The notes under the pieces are model-generated. The model saw only the letters and a list, made by a program, of their open reading frames with translations. It searched no databases and was not told the origin of the DNA. Shown here one piece after another: positions 43,150-52,921 of a stretch of DNA of 64,000 nucleotides. The DNA comes from Candidatus Bathyarchaeota archaeon (lineage in GTDB: Archaea; Thermoproteota; Bathyarchaeia; Bathyarchaeales; Bathycorpusculaceae). The stretch spans positions 32,001 through 96,000 of the forward strand of contig CAVZKL010000011.1 in assembly GCA_963775895.1 (NCBI GenBank), read 5' to 3'. Within the stretch, counting starts at the first letter, position 1; the number at the start of each line of letters is the position of its first letter. A program made the position numbers and the translations under genes.

Positions 43150-44181
43150 ATGTCAAAAGAAACTGAGGCAAAATTTGAAAGGCTTGGAGACGCGGTTGAT
43201 AGTCTAATAACGCTAGACGTCAGTGCAAGAGGCGCCATAGGCACTCTTTATGAGGGAGCCAGAAGCAAATATGGAAAATCACTGACATACATCGCTGCAA
43301 AGGCATTAAAAGAAAGAGTTGGCCCAGAAAAATACGTTATACTGGGGACAGGACTTCCAGTACGCGGCTGGATTTCGCCAACCATCTCTGAAACCGATGG
43401 ACCGACAGGAACTGCTACGCTTGCCAGAGCCTTATACGTAGGCTTTAAAGCCTGGCCAATGATACTCTGCGAAGAGACACAGTATCCAGGCGTCAAGGCT
43501 GCCTGTCGAGGTGCAGGCATGATGATACTAACACCTGAGGAGATGCAAAAATCTAAAGGCTCACCATTGGGCGTGCCAGGAGCGGTTGTTCAGACGTTTC
43601 CAACGGACGAGAAGCAGGCTAAGAGCGAAGCAGCACGTATCCTCAACAAGTTTGAACCGGCAGCGGTAATCAGTATTGAAAGGATTGGCAGAAATTCTAA
43701 GGGAGTTTGGCACAACATGAAGGGCTTCGATGTATCAAGAATTGTTGCAAAATTCGACTATCTGTTTGAGGATGCCAAGAAAAGAGGAATCTTCACAATG
43801 GGAATGGGCGACGGAGGCAACGAGCTAGGCATGGGAGCCATCAAGGAAACTATTAGAAAACATATTCCTTATGGAGCAGAATGTCAATGTCCATGCAAAG
43901 GCGGCTTGGCAGCAGATTTTGAACCTGACCTTTCCTTAACTGCGACCGTCTCAAACTGGGGCGCATGGGGAGTTGAAGCCATGCTGGCAGCTATGCTGGG
44001 TAAGCTCGAAGTGCTTCACACTGGAGAGATCGAAATGCGCAGCTTAATCGCCGCTGTTAACGAGGGATGCGTAGACGGCATAACAGGATTCGCAGAACCA
44101 TTAGAAGATGCGGTTCCAGGCGAGATCTGCGCCAATATGGTCGAAATCCTGCGGTTCATGGTTGGAAAGGCCTTGAAGTGA
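43150..44181 (+). CDS. D-glutamate cyclase-like protein (DUF4392)
   Basis: ETDGPTG, ISIERIGRN, GMGDGGNELGMG, VSNWG, VDG motifs. Confidence 0.85.
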   Translation: MSKETEAKFERLGDAVDSLITLDVSARGAIGTLYEGARSKYGKSLTYIAAKALKERVGPEKYVILGTGLPVRGWISPTISETDGPTGTATLARALYVGFKAWPMILCEETQYPGVKAACRGAGMMILTPEEMQKSKGSPLGVPGAVVQTFPTDEKQAKSEAARILNKFEPAAVISIERIGRNSKGVWHNMKGFDVSRIVAKFDYLFEDAKKRGIFTMGMGDGGNELGMGAIKETIRKHIPYGAECQCPCKGGLAADFEPDLSLTATVSNWGAWGVEAMLAAMLGKLEVLHTGEIEMRSLIAAVNEGCVDGITGFAEPLEDAVPGEICANMVEILRFMVGKALK

Positions 44182-44196
44182 CCTGGTGACAGTGCA

Positions 44197-45196
44197 TTGA
44201 TTGAAAAAGAGACGCTCATCTTAAGTCAAAAAGACATAAAGCCGCTCTTATCAATGAAGGACACGATCGAAGCAGTGGAAAGAGCATTCAAAGATTTTGC
44301 CCTGGGAAAGACTCAGATACTTCCTAGAAAATACCTCGTTTTTGAAAAGTACGCCGGAAAGACCGGGTACATGCCCGCATATATCGACACCCTCGACGCA
44401 GCAGGCATCAAGATTGTCAGCGCACATGATGAAAATCCTAAAGAAACATGGGTTGCCCAGAGTGACCGCTACATTGGTCTTAACCGACCCAAAAACCGGA
44501 CTACCACTAGCTATAATGGATGCCACATACACGACGATGATGAGAACCGGCGCCATAGGTGCTATTGCAGCAAAACACCTGGCGAGAAAGGACTCCAAGG
44601 TCGTCGGCATCATCGGCACGGGGGTTCAGGGCAGGGGACAACTAATGGGGTTGATGGAGATTCAAGACATCAAGCAAGCATTGGTCTACGATGTGATGCC
44701 GGAGCAAGCCAGGAAATTTGTGCAGGAGGTAGGTAAACAGTTTGGAATCGACGTATTGGAGGCGGATACTACTCAAAGAGTGACTGAACACTCGGATATC
44801 TTGGTAACCTCGACGAATTCAAAAACACCAGTCATAAATGACGAGTGGATTAAACCTGGCTTGCACATAACCACGATGGGAGTAAGTGCTCCAGGCAGCC
44901 AAGAGATACCAACAGAAACTTTCAAGCGTTCTAAACTTGTCATAGATGACTTCAATCAGACATCACAGATGGGCGGGATTAACGTTCCATTTTCAAAGGG
45001 ATTACTAAAGAAAGAAGACATTTACGCCGAGATTGGCGAAATACTCTTGGGCAAAAAGCCTGGAAGAACATCTGGCGAGGAAATAACAGTCTTTGTCACT
45101 AGCGGCCTACCAATTCAAGATATAGCCGTAGCGCGACTGGTCTATGAGAAGGCCAAAGAAAGAGGAATAGGCAAAATAGTGCAGCTGATGGAATAA
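44197..45196 (+). CDS. ornithine cyclodeaminase / mu-crystallin / archaeal alanine dehydrogenase family (frameshift near 44440)
   Basis: YMPAY, GIKIVS, NP.HGLP, TMMRTGA, GIIGTGVQG, GRTSGEEITVF.TSGL.IQD. Confidence 0.88.
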
Positions 45197-45328
45197 ATCA
45201 GAGATCTCTAACCTGCCTAGTGAACCATTAGGTTTATCGATTTCTACCTCCTCTTTACCTGATGATTTCGGATAAGTGGCTTCGAGTACACTGATGGCGC
45301 GATTTAAACCAAGTCAAGGTGATTGAGC

Positions 45329-46196
45329 ATGGCGCTGCCTACACAATTCAATTACTTTAGGTCCTAATACAATAGAAGAAACGTTAAGATTAATGGGAAA
45401 ATTTGGGGCTCAAGGCAAGGTTTTGGTTGGGGGTACAGACTTGATATCAGGGGTCAGGTCTGGAAAGATTATCCTACCTGAAAATATCATTGAGATAGGT
45501 CACATTAAAGAATTAAACTTCATTGATGACGACGCAGATATTGTCAATGTTGGAGCTACAACAAAGCTGTCAGAAATCATGTCCTCTCCAATAATCAAAA
45601 GCAAAGTCCCAATATTGGCTGAAGCCATATCTACTATGGCATCGTCTCAAATTAGGAATATGGGAACGATAGGCGGCAACCTGTGCAATGCCTCCCCTGC
45701 TGCTGACACTGCACCTCCACTTCTTGTCTTAGACGCTAAGATCGAAGTCATAGACATAAAGAGCAAGAGGCTTGTTCCCATTGACCAATTCTTCACGGGA
45801 CCAAGTAAGACTGCGGTAGGTCCTAACGAAATCGTCACCAAGATACAAATTCCGACGCAGCTGCCAACCAATAGGTGGGACTTTGTTAAATTGGGCAGAA
45901 GAAAAGCCTTCACCTTATCCATAATTTCCATAGCAGGTCTAGCCAAAATAATCGACAACAGCTTTCAAGATGTGAAAATAGCTTTAGGCGCCGTGGCGCC
46001 TACGCCTCTTAGAGCGAAAAAAGCGGAGACATTTTTGAAAGGAAAGGCTGCAAGCGAAGATGTAATCGATGAGGCATCACAAATAGTTAGAGACGAGATA
46101 AACCCCATAAGCGATGTCAGGGCATCTAAGGAATATAGACGAGAAATGGCTTGTACTCTTACAAAGAAAATGCTCATGAATCTATCAAGTGACTAG
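45329..46196 (+). CDS. xanthine dehydrogenase family FAD-binding subunit (CoxM-like; frameshift near 45362)
   Basis: FNYF.PNTIEE, VGGTDL, QIRNMGTIGGNLCNASPAAD, GAVAPTP, PISDVRAS..YR. Confidence 0.9.
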
Positions 46197-46281
46197 GGGT
46201 GCATCTGAGGTAGAGCAGTTTTCCTACGCAGATAACCAAACAGGACGAAGTATGAAATCGGGCCATAGTATATCGGCGATT

Positions 46282-46755
46282 CTAAAGTTTGGTGTTTTGG
46301 GCGGCATCTTTTATCGCTTTAACAATGTTTACATATCCTGTGCATCTGCATAGATTGCCAGCGATTCCTCTTCTTATTTCTTCATCGGTCGGGTCCTTGA
46401 CCGTTTTCAATAGGTGATAGGCCGATAGAAGCATGCCTGGAGTGCAGTAGCCACACTGCAAAGCGTAGTTTTCTATGAAAGCGTCCATAAGTGACCGCAT
46501 TTTCTCATCTTGCATTAGCCCCTCTACTGTGAGAATCTCTTCGCCATCGACTTGAACTGCAAGGGTGATGCAAGATAAAATGGGCTTGCCATTGAGCAGA
46601 ACAGTGCATGCTCCACATTCACCTTCTTCGCATCCTCTATGAACACTTTTCATTTTCAAAGTGTTTCTAAGAAGATCTATTAGAGGGGTTCTAGGCTCGA
46701 TTTGGACCTCATAAGATCTACCATTCACTTTCAGAGACACATTAACACAGTTCAT
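46282..46755 (-). CDS. xanthine dehydrogenase family 2x[2Fe-2S] subunit (CoxS-like)
   Basis: GCEEGECGACTV...SC, QCGYCTPG, GNLCRCTGY. Confidence 0.93.
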   Translation of the reverse strand: MNCVNVSLKVNGRSYEVQIEPRTPLIDLLRNTLKMKSVHRGCEEGECGACTVLLNGKPILSCITLAVQVDGEEILTVEGLMQDEKMRSLMDAFIENYALQCGYCTPGMLLSAYHLLKTVKDPTDEEIRRGIAGNLCRCTGYVNIVKAIKDAAQNTKL

Positions 46756-46760
46756 TGCTT

Positions 46761-49142
46761 TCACCTTTCGCGACTCTTTTTGCATTGGGAAATCAATCTC
46801 CATATTCTCTCCTTCGTCGCCGGGGTCTCAGCTATCACTATGTTGAATGGCGATAAAGCGTCTTCAACGGCATTTATGATTACCACTTTACTTCCTATAG
46901 TCGGAGCCTCACCCATACCCTTCGTGCCCAACTCGGTGAATGGGGACGGTGTTTTCACGTGGCCAACTTCTATGTTAGGCGCGTCTAAGGCTGTTGGCAT
47001 TACATAGTCCATATATGAGGTGGAAAGCAATCGCCCATTCTTATCATAAATCAGATGTTCGTTCAATGCTTCGCCTATACCTTGCACGACTCCTCCATGA
47101 ATCTGACCGTCAACAACCTCCTTGTTTATGATCCTGCCAGCGTCATGTACATGCACGTACCTCAATATTTCTACATCGCCTGTTTCCACGTTTACCTCAA
47201 CTACGGCGACATCTGCAGACGAACAAAACGTTGTATATGTGCTCGTGGGGTTCTGCGTTGTGTTGGGGCTGAACCAAGTTTCAGAGACATCGAGCAACGT
47301 TTCATGCCCCATCTGAAGTTCCTTTTGAAGACCTTTAGGGCCCGGGAAAAAGTACATATATGCCGCGAGGTCCTTCATCGATATCCTTTTACTCGGATCC
47401 CTTGTTGAGTAGATGCAACTACCCTTCATCTCGATGCTACTACTGTCTTCATTTAAAACACTACTCGCAACTTTTAACACTCTCTCCCTTAATTTCTTTG
47501 CAGCCTTAGCAACCGCGCTGAGGCAGTATACAACACCTCTGCTGGACCATGGACCAGCACCAGTAATGTCGGAGGAAAACGGGTGCACGATGACGTCGGC
47601 AATGTTAACGCCCAGAATTTCGGATACTACTTGTGCAATAACAACCATGGATCCTTGACCTATGTCCGTTTGATCGCTATAGACTTCAACTTTCCCATCA
47701 GGAGTTATTTTGGTGCGCCCAAGTGTCACGCCACTGAATATGCTGTGGGGTATAGCTCCACCCGCAGGCTCCACAGTAAATGCCAGTCCTATGCCTAGAT
47801 ACTTGTTTTGCCCGATCAAACCTCGTTTACTTCTCCAAGTGTTTATGTCGATCATCTTTAGGGCTTTTTTGAGTACTTCTGGGTAGTCTCCACTATCGTA
47901 AACGTATCCTGAGATTTGCTTGTACGGAAATTCATTTGGCTGAATAAAGTTTCTGAATCTAATTTCTTCGGGAGCCAAATTGAGTTCTTTGCTTACAATG
48001 TTCATTATTCTCTCAATGAATTTTATGCCCTTATCTTTACCAAAGCCTCTGTAAGCACAATAGAATGATTTGTTCGTAACAACGGCGTAAGCATCCGTAT
48101 ATAATGCTTTGAGTTTGTACGCGTTGGGGACTGCGCAGCATGCCGGTACTATGCTGCAGGCGCCTGCTCCTCTGTTTGTTCCTTCAACTCCAATATCGAT
48201 TATAAACTTTGCTTTTACTCCTAGTATTTGTCCATCATTCTTAACCGCGACTTCACCATCCCATATAACATCTCTTTGATGAGGGCCCGTCGCAAAGTTC
48301 TCTCTTCTATTTTCAAACCACTTCACAGGTCTTCCAGTGAGGATTGAAGCAGCACATACTACTACATCCTTCGACCAGTTTAGCTTATTGCCAAAAGCTC
48401 CGCCAACATCGGGGGCTACAACCTCAACTCTGTTCATGGGTATGCGAAGAGCTTGGGCTATATAGCGTTGTGCTAGAAAGGGAGATTGAGTAGAGCTCCA
48501 AACTTTCAACCTGCCCATCGAGTCGTCGTACCAGGCCACGCAGCCCCGAGGTTCTATAGGAAATCCTGATACCCTACCTTCACGCCAAGACACCTTAATT
48601 ATGCGGTCAGCCTCTGAAAATGCTGCGTCAATATCGCCGAATTTGAAGGTTACATGAGCTTGTAAATTATCTCCCCACTCTTCATATAACAACGGCGAAT
48701 TCGGTTCCATAGCCGTGATAGCATCTGTGACGATGGGCAAGGGTTCATACTCAATTTCTATTAACTTAAGTGCGTCAAATGCGTTATATGGGTCTTCAGC
48801 TATCACGACGGCTACTGGCTCGCCTATAAACCTTACTTTGTCTGTAGCCAAAGGGTATGCCTTAGGTATACGCCAATGCCAGCCTAAAGGTCTATAATCT
48901 GCATTTGCGGGTAGTGGGTCCATGATTCCTACTAAGTCTTTGCCTGCGAGGATTCTTAGTACACCGGGCGCCTTCAAAGCTTTAGCCAGATCGATATTTT
49001 TTATCTTCGCATGCGCATGAGAGCTTCGCAAAAACACGCAGTAAGCCATATTGGGCAATTCCACATCGTCTATGTAACATCCCTTACCTGACATGAGTCG
49101 AATGTCCCTTTCTTTTTTCCACTCAATGATGGGTGAAGACAT
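46761..49142 (-). CDS. molybdenum hydroxylase large subunit (CoxL/XdhA-like)
   Basis: WSSTQ, VGGAFGNK, AYRGFG, DIGQG, GPWSSR, GQIHGGVVQGIG, KGMGE. Confidence 0.92.
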   Translation of the reverse strand: MSSPIIEWKKERDIRLMSGKGCYIDDVELPNMAYCVFLRSSHAHAKIKNIDLAKALKAPGVLRILAGKDLVGIMDPLPANADYRPLGWHWRIPKAYPLATDKVRFIGEPVAVVIAEDPYNAFDALKLIEIEYEPLPIVTDAITAMEPNSPLLYEEWGDNLQAHVTFKFGDIDAAFSEADRIIKVSWREGRVSGFPIEPRGCVAWYDDSMGRLKVWSSTQSPFLAQRYIAQALRIPMNRVEVVAPDVGGAFGNKLNWSKDVVVCAASILTGRPVKWFENRRENFATGPHQRDVIWDGEVAVKNDGQILGVKAKFIIDIGVEGTNRGAGACSIVPACCAVPNAYKLKALYTDAYAVVTNKSFYCAYRGFGKDKGIKFIERIMNIVSKELNLAPEEIRFRNFIQPNEFPYKQISGYVYDSGDYPEVLKKALKMIDINTWRSKRGLIGQNKYLGIGLAFTVEPAGGAIPHSIFSGVTLGRTKITPDGKVEVYSDQTDIGQGSMVVIAQVVSEILGVNIADVIVHPFSSDITGAGPWSSRGVVYCLSAVAKAAKKLRERVLKVASSVLNEDSSSIEMKGSCIYSTRDPSKRISMKDLAAYMYFFPGPKGLQKELQMGHETLLDVSETWFSPNTTQNPTSTYTTFCSSADVAVVEVNVETGDVEILRYVHVHDAGRIINKEVVDGQIHGGVVQGIGEALNEHLIYDKNGRLLSTSYMDYVMPTALDAPNIEVGHVKTPSPFTELGTKGMGEAPTIGSKVVIINAVEDALSPFNIVIAETPATKERIWRLISQCKKSRER

Positions 49143-49203
49143 TTCTAAGAAACTCCGATGCTAAATTACTCGCCATTATGTATCTACTTAACTTTCTGGT
49201 ATT

Positions 49204-49264
49204 TGCGCGCGCGCACGAGCTCAAAGGCAAGAGCGCTAAATCAACTCGGCTTAGCGCGCGCTGA
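49204..49264. repeat. intergenic alternating (GC)n tracts (representative of a dispersed class)
   Basis: TGCGCGCGCGCACG at 49204-49217 and TTAGCGCGCGCTGA at 49251-49264. Confidence 0.75.
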
Positions 49265-49282
49265 CTGTAGGATGTTAATGTT

Positions 49283-49885
49283 TCATTGATCTTCTGTACC
49301 CTCGGGTGGGAAATACCTTTTAAGGTCTTCTTCTGAGTCAAAGTCAATGAGGATCTCGTCTGATCCTGTTTCCACCTTCTTTATTAGTCCTCTATTTGCA
49401 TTCACAACTGATTTCAAGCCCATCGTTTCCTCGTTTATGTTCATAATCTGACCGAAGAGGAAGCGATCAAAAAGTATTGGATGACCTAATCTGCCTCGAT
49501 GACTTGCCACTACAATATGGCTTCGAGACTTCTTGTATTCTTCAATGACCATATTGATAGCCTCAGGTGTAATTAGGGCCATGTCTCCGGGGAGCACCAA
49601 CACAGCCTCCGCGTAACCCATGACAGAATTAACTCCAGCCTTAATTGAAGAGCTTTGACCGATCTCATAGTTTTCATTAATTATGAACCTGCACTTGACG
49701 TCTTTGAGAGCCCCTTTGATCATTTGCGCTTCATGGCCTAAAACCACAACGATTTCATCTGCTTTTGAAGCTACAGCACTTTTGACAACCCTCTCGATAA
49801 TGGTGGAGTCATCAATTTTTTCAAGTAGCCTATTTCTTCCAAACCTTTTTGATAAACCTGCAGCTAACACAATGAGGCATATCAA
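49283..49885 (-). CDS. mocA: molybdenum cofactor cytidylyltransferase (MocA-like)
   Basis: LAAGLSKRFG, GQSSSI, PGDM, GHPILF, DFDSEED; next to Mo-hydroxylase genes. Confidence 0.8.
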   Translation of the reverse strand: MICLIVLAAGLSKRFGRNRLLEKIDDSTIIERVVKSAVASKADEIVVVLGHEAQMIKGALKDVKCRFIINENYEIGQSSSIKAGVNSVMGYAEAVLVLPGDMALITPEAINMVIEEYKKSRSHIVVASHRGRLGHPILFDRFLFGQIMNINEETMGLKSVVNANRGLIKKVETGSDEILIDFDSEEDLKRYFPPEGTEDQ

Positions 49886-50015
49886 GCAATTTCCCAGGAA
49901 ATATTACTTAACATTTACGGATAAATCTCTTTTCAAATGATGATCTAGACTTTCCGAGTCATATCGATTCTTAACATTTACAAAGAAGTTAAGCTCAAGC
50001 GCGTTCCAAGTGGGA

Positions 50016-50819
50016 TTATAGACTTTCTTTATCTTTCCTTCTCTCACTTATTATCTCTGCAAGAATGCTTATTCCTATTTCTTCGGGGGTTTGAGCGCCG
50101 ATGTCCAAGCCCAGTGGAGCATGTAGGGATTTCAGGTCGTCATCACCGATTCCTGTTGCCTTAAGTTTCGTCACAAGCGTTGCGACCTTTGTCCTGCTAC
50201 CAAGCAGGCCGATGTAAGCCGGCTTCTTTTTTACAATTTTCTCCAAGGCCAAATAGTCGTGTTCGGGCTCTCCGTGAGCGATAACTACCAGATCTTCTGA
50301 AGTTATATCTGTTTTATCGAGTATTTCATTGAAGTTACCTGCGATAATCTCTTCGGCCATAGGATACCGCTCCTTGCAAGCTAATTCCTCATTATCATCT
50401 ACTATAGTGAGGCTAAACCCCAAGATGTCTGCAAATCTTGCTAAAGGCCAAGCCACATGGCCTGCGCCGATGATTATGAGCCTCGGTTTTGGCTCAATTA
50501 CATCGATGAATATCGTTAACTCGCCTCCACATATTAACCCTGTCTCGATTGAACCTTCCTTTTTAGATGGATGGAGAGAGAAAAAGGCTTTCCTTGGCTT
50601 GCCTTCTCTCAAGGCCTTTAAAGACTCGCTAATCAAAAATCTCTCCATACTCCCCCCGCCAATCGTTCCGGTAGTTTTACCATCTTCAGTTACAATGATT
50701 TTTGCTCCGATATCTCTGGGCCCAGAGCCTACCTTTTCAATCAATGAACATAAAGCCACTTTCTTTCCACTTTCTAAGAGGCGCAGGGCTTCTCTCAATA
50801 TTTCTAAATCAGTTGTCAC
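50016..50819 (-). CDS. XdhC/CoxI family Moco insertion chaperone
   Basis: GSGPR..GAK, GTIGGG, ICGG, GAGHVA, YIGLLGSR, PLGLDIGAQTPEEI. Confidence 0.92.
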   Translation of the reverse strand: MTTDLEILREALRLLESGKKVALCSLIEKVGSGPRDIGAKIIVTEDGKTTGTIGGGSMERFLISESLKALREGKPRKAFFSLHPSKKEGSIETGLICGGELTIFIDVIEPKPRLIIIGAGHVAWPLARFADILGFSLTIVDDNEELACKERYPMAEEIIAGNFNEILDKTDITSEDLVVIAHGEPEHDYLALEKIVKKKPAYIGLLGSRTKVATLVTKLKATGIGDDDLKSLHAPLGLDIGAQTPEEIGISILAEIISERRKDKESL

Positions 50820-51286
50820 GGGTTATCTAATTGTTTAAATAGTTTGTTCTTATTTGAATTTTTTGTCACCAGAAACTTTTGTTACAAGCACGCGCGTGTT
50901 TTTGGAGCTCTCTCAACCTTCCCGCTCTTACTGACAAATGTCTTCAACGCGCGCCTAAGCTTAAGGGGGGCAGTAATCATTCCAGGCGGTCCGCCGGTTT
51001 TGTTAAGCCCTTGTTGATACCTTTCAATATTGTAACTGGTTTCATAATAGATAGCCCTCCTAAAGTCGAAGTCAAGTGCTCTTAATCGTGTGATCGCTGG
51101 TTTCTTCGGAATCCTGCGAGGTTTGCAGACCCCAGTCGTTCAAACATTTTGGGGACTTCCCATCGCTATCAGTTTGATAGTGGTCTCAGTCAATTGTGCT
51201 TCAGGAGCGATTGGAGCGAACGTAGGTGTTCAAGTCCTCCGACAATTATATCACTCTGGAGTGTCCATTCCAAGCAGAGGTATAAC

Positions 51287-51910
51287 ATGAACTTCGACAC
51301 GATGTTAAAAAAGGCTACAAGTTTTCACGGCCACACGTGCACCGGTCTGGTGTTGGGCACTAGAATAGTGATTGCGGGGAGTCAAAGATTAGGTATCGAC
51401 GACCCATCCAAAACGCGTGACTTGATAGTATACGTAGAGATAGATCGGTGTTTGGCGGATGCTATCCAAGCTATAACATTGTGCTCACTTGGGAAACGCA
51501 GACTGAAACATGTTGATTATGGGAAATTTGCAGCAACATTTGTGGACACATCGAAGAATAGGGCGGTACGCATTTCAATAAAGGAGAAAGCCCGTGAGTG
51601 GGCGATGAAATACGGCGAAGAACAAGTATTAATAAATAAAGGTGAAATAGTTAACCGAAAGCAAGAAATGGACATAATGACAGAAGCTTACATGAAGATA
51701 CCTGATGTAGAGCTTCTAGACGTTAAGGATGTTAGTATAAGCATACCAAAATGGGATCTCCCAGGCTTGCCTCAACGAAAAGTGACGTGCACCATGTGCG
51801 GTGAAAGAATTTTCGATGGTCGCGCGAAAATAAAAAATGGACGAATTCTATGTAGACCATGTGCAGAAGGCGCATACTACAAAAATCTCAACGAGACACA
51901 ACCGGAGTAA
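51287..51910 (+). CDS. FmdE/FwdE family protein with C-terminal Zn finger
   Basis: FHGHTCTGLVLG, EIDRCLADAIQ...CSLGK, DYGKFAATF, CTMCGE...CRPC. Confidence 0.88.
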   Translation: MNFDTMLKKATSFHGHTCTGLVLGTRIVIAGSQRLGIDDPSKTRDLIVYVEIDRCLADAIQAITLCSLGKRRLKHVDYGKFAATFVDTSKNRAVRISIKEKAREWAMKYGEEQVLINKGEIVNRKQEMDIMTEAYMKIPDVELLDVKDVSISIPKWDLPGLPQRKVTCTMCGERIFDGRAKIKNGRILCRPCAEGAYYKNLNETQPE

Positions 51911-51917
51911 CGACTTT

Positions 51918-52706
51918 ATGCCAGGTAAAATCGTTAACGATATTCTAGATTTACTTCCTAACGTCATTCCAGATCTAAATATGATAAGGGTTGACAAAGT
52001 CATACTAGGATTGGGTTATACAGGGGTTAAGCTTAGCACAGGACAGGTTGGCGTCTGTTTTACTTTTCAAACTGAGATTTCATTAAGTTGCTGCCAGATT
52101 TACAAGAAAGCTGGCAAATTGACTGGAAGCACAGCGATGGAAATGATGAATATGGCGAGGTCATGGGATCTTAGTGAAAGTGTAATTGGAATCGCCACAG
52201 TAAATGCCCTTTCATCCATCGCTATTGCCAACAATAAGGAAGCATATGTCATCTTAAAGGGGAACATCTTGGACCACATAGCGTTGGAAAAAAAAGATAC
52301 CGTTGTCTTTGTAGGCAGGATCAGTCCATTAATCAAACGAATCGAGGGAAAGGTGAAGAGAATCTATGTACTCGAAAGAGACTGGGCTCGTCGTGAGAGT
52401 GGAGTTTTGCCTGATACGGCATGTGAGGAGATTCTTCCCCAAGCAGACGTCGCTATAATCACTGGAACTGCTTTAGTCAACGGAACCATAGACCGTCTGA
52501 TAGAACTCTCTAAGGGAGCAAGGGAAATAGCAGTTGTGGGCGCTTCAGCGAGCGTTCTTCCAGGCCCTCTGTTTAAGTGTGGAGTCACATGCGTTGGTGG
52601 GATCAAAGTTCTAGATCCAGATAAATTGATGCAGATCGTGGCTGAAGGAGGGGGAACACAACAGCTGAAGGCAGCCGCTGAATTCATCAACTTGAGGCCA
52701 AAATAG
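51918..52706 (+). CDS. DUF364 family Rossmann-like protein
   Basis: GLGYTGV, IGIATVNA, VYLER-like IYVLER, DVAIITGTALVNGT, VVGAS. Confidence 0.8.
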   Translation: MPGKIVNDILDLLPNVIPDLNMIRVDKVILGLGYTGVKLSTGQVGVCFTFQTEISLSCCQIYKKAGKLTGSTAMEMMNMARSWDLSESVIGIATVNALSSIAIANNKEAYVILKGNILDHIALEKKDTVVFVGRISPLIKRIEGKVKRIYVLERDWARRESGVLPDTACEEILPQADVAIITGTALVNGTIDRLIELSKGAREIAVVGASASVLPGPLFKCGVTCVGGIKVLDPDKLMQIVAEGGGTQQLKAAAEFINLRPK

Positions 52707-52817
52707 CCGCGAGTGCGCGCGCAGCAAAGACAACCAACCAGCCCTAAGATTACACAATTGAATTTGCGCACCCTTCTAATTAAGCGCGCGCGCCCATACT
52801 GTAAACAGGGGATTACG

Positions 52818-52899
52818 CTGATAGATTTGAGTATAGACGTCTGTGGCATAAGATTCAAAAATCGTTCTTGAGGGTTAAGCTCCCAAATTAACTCCGTCC
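52818..52899. pseudogene. two fused 5' fragments of DHOD/PreA-family genes (rearrangement scar)
   Basis: Plus strand LIDLSIDVCGIRFKN; minus strand FGSLTLKN. 52868-52889 is identical to 41282-41303 and 52887-52899 identical to 41477-41489. Confidence 0.7.
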
Positions 52900-52921
52900 A
52901 CATTGCGCATAAGAATTCGTT

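Noticed and set aside
46761-49142. Aerobic CO dehydrogenase
   Set aside because: Lacks the Cu-binding AYxCSFR motif.
50830-51280. Open frames in the xdhC-fmdE spacer
   Set aside because: No convincing start or motif; possibly a gene remnant but not supportable.
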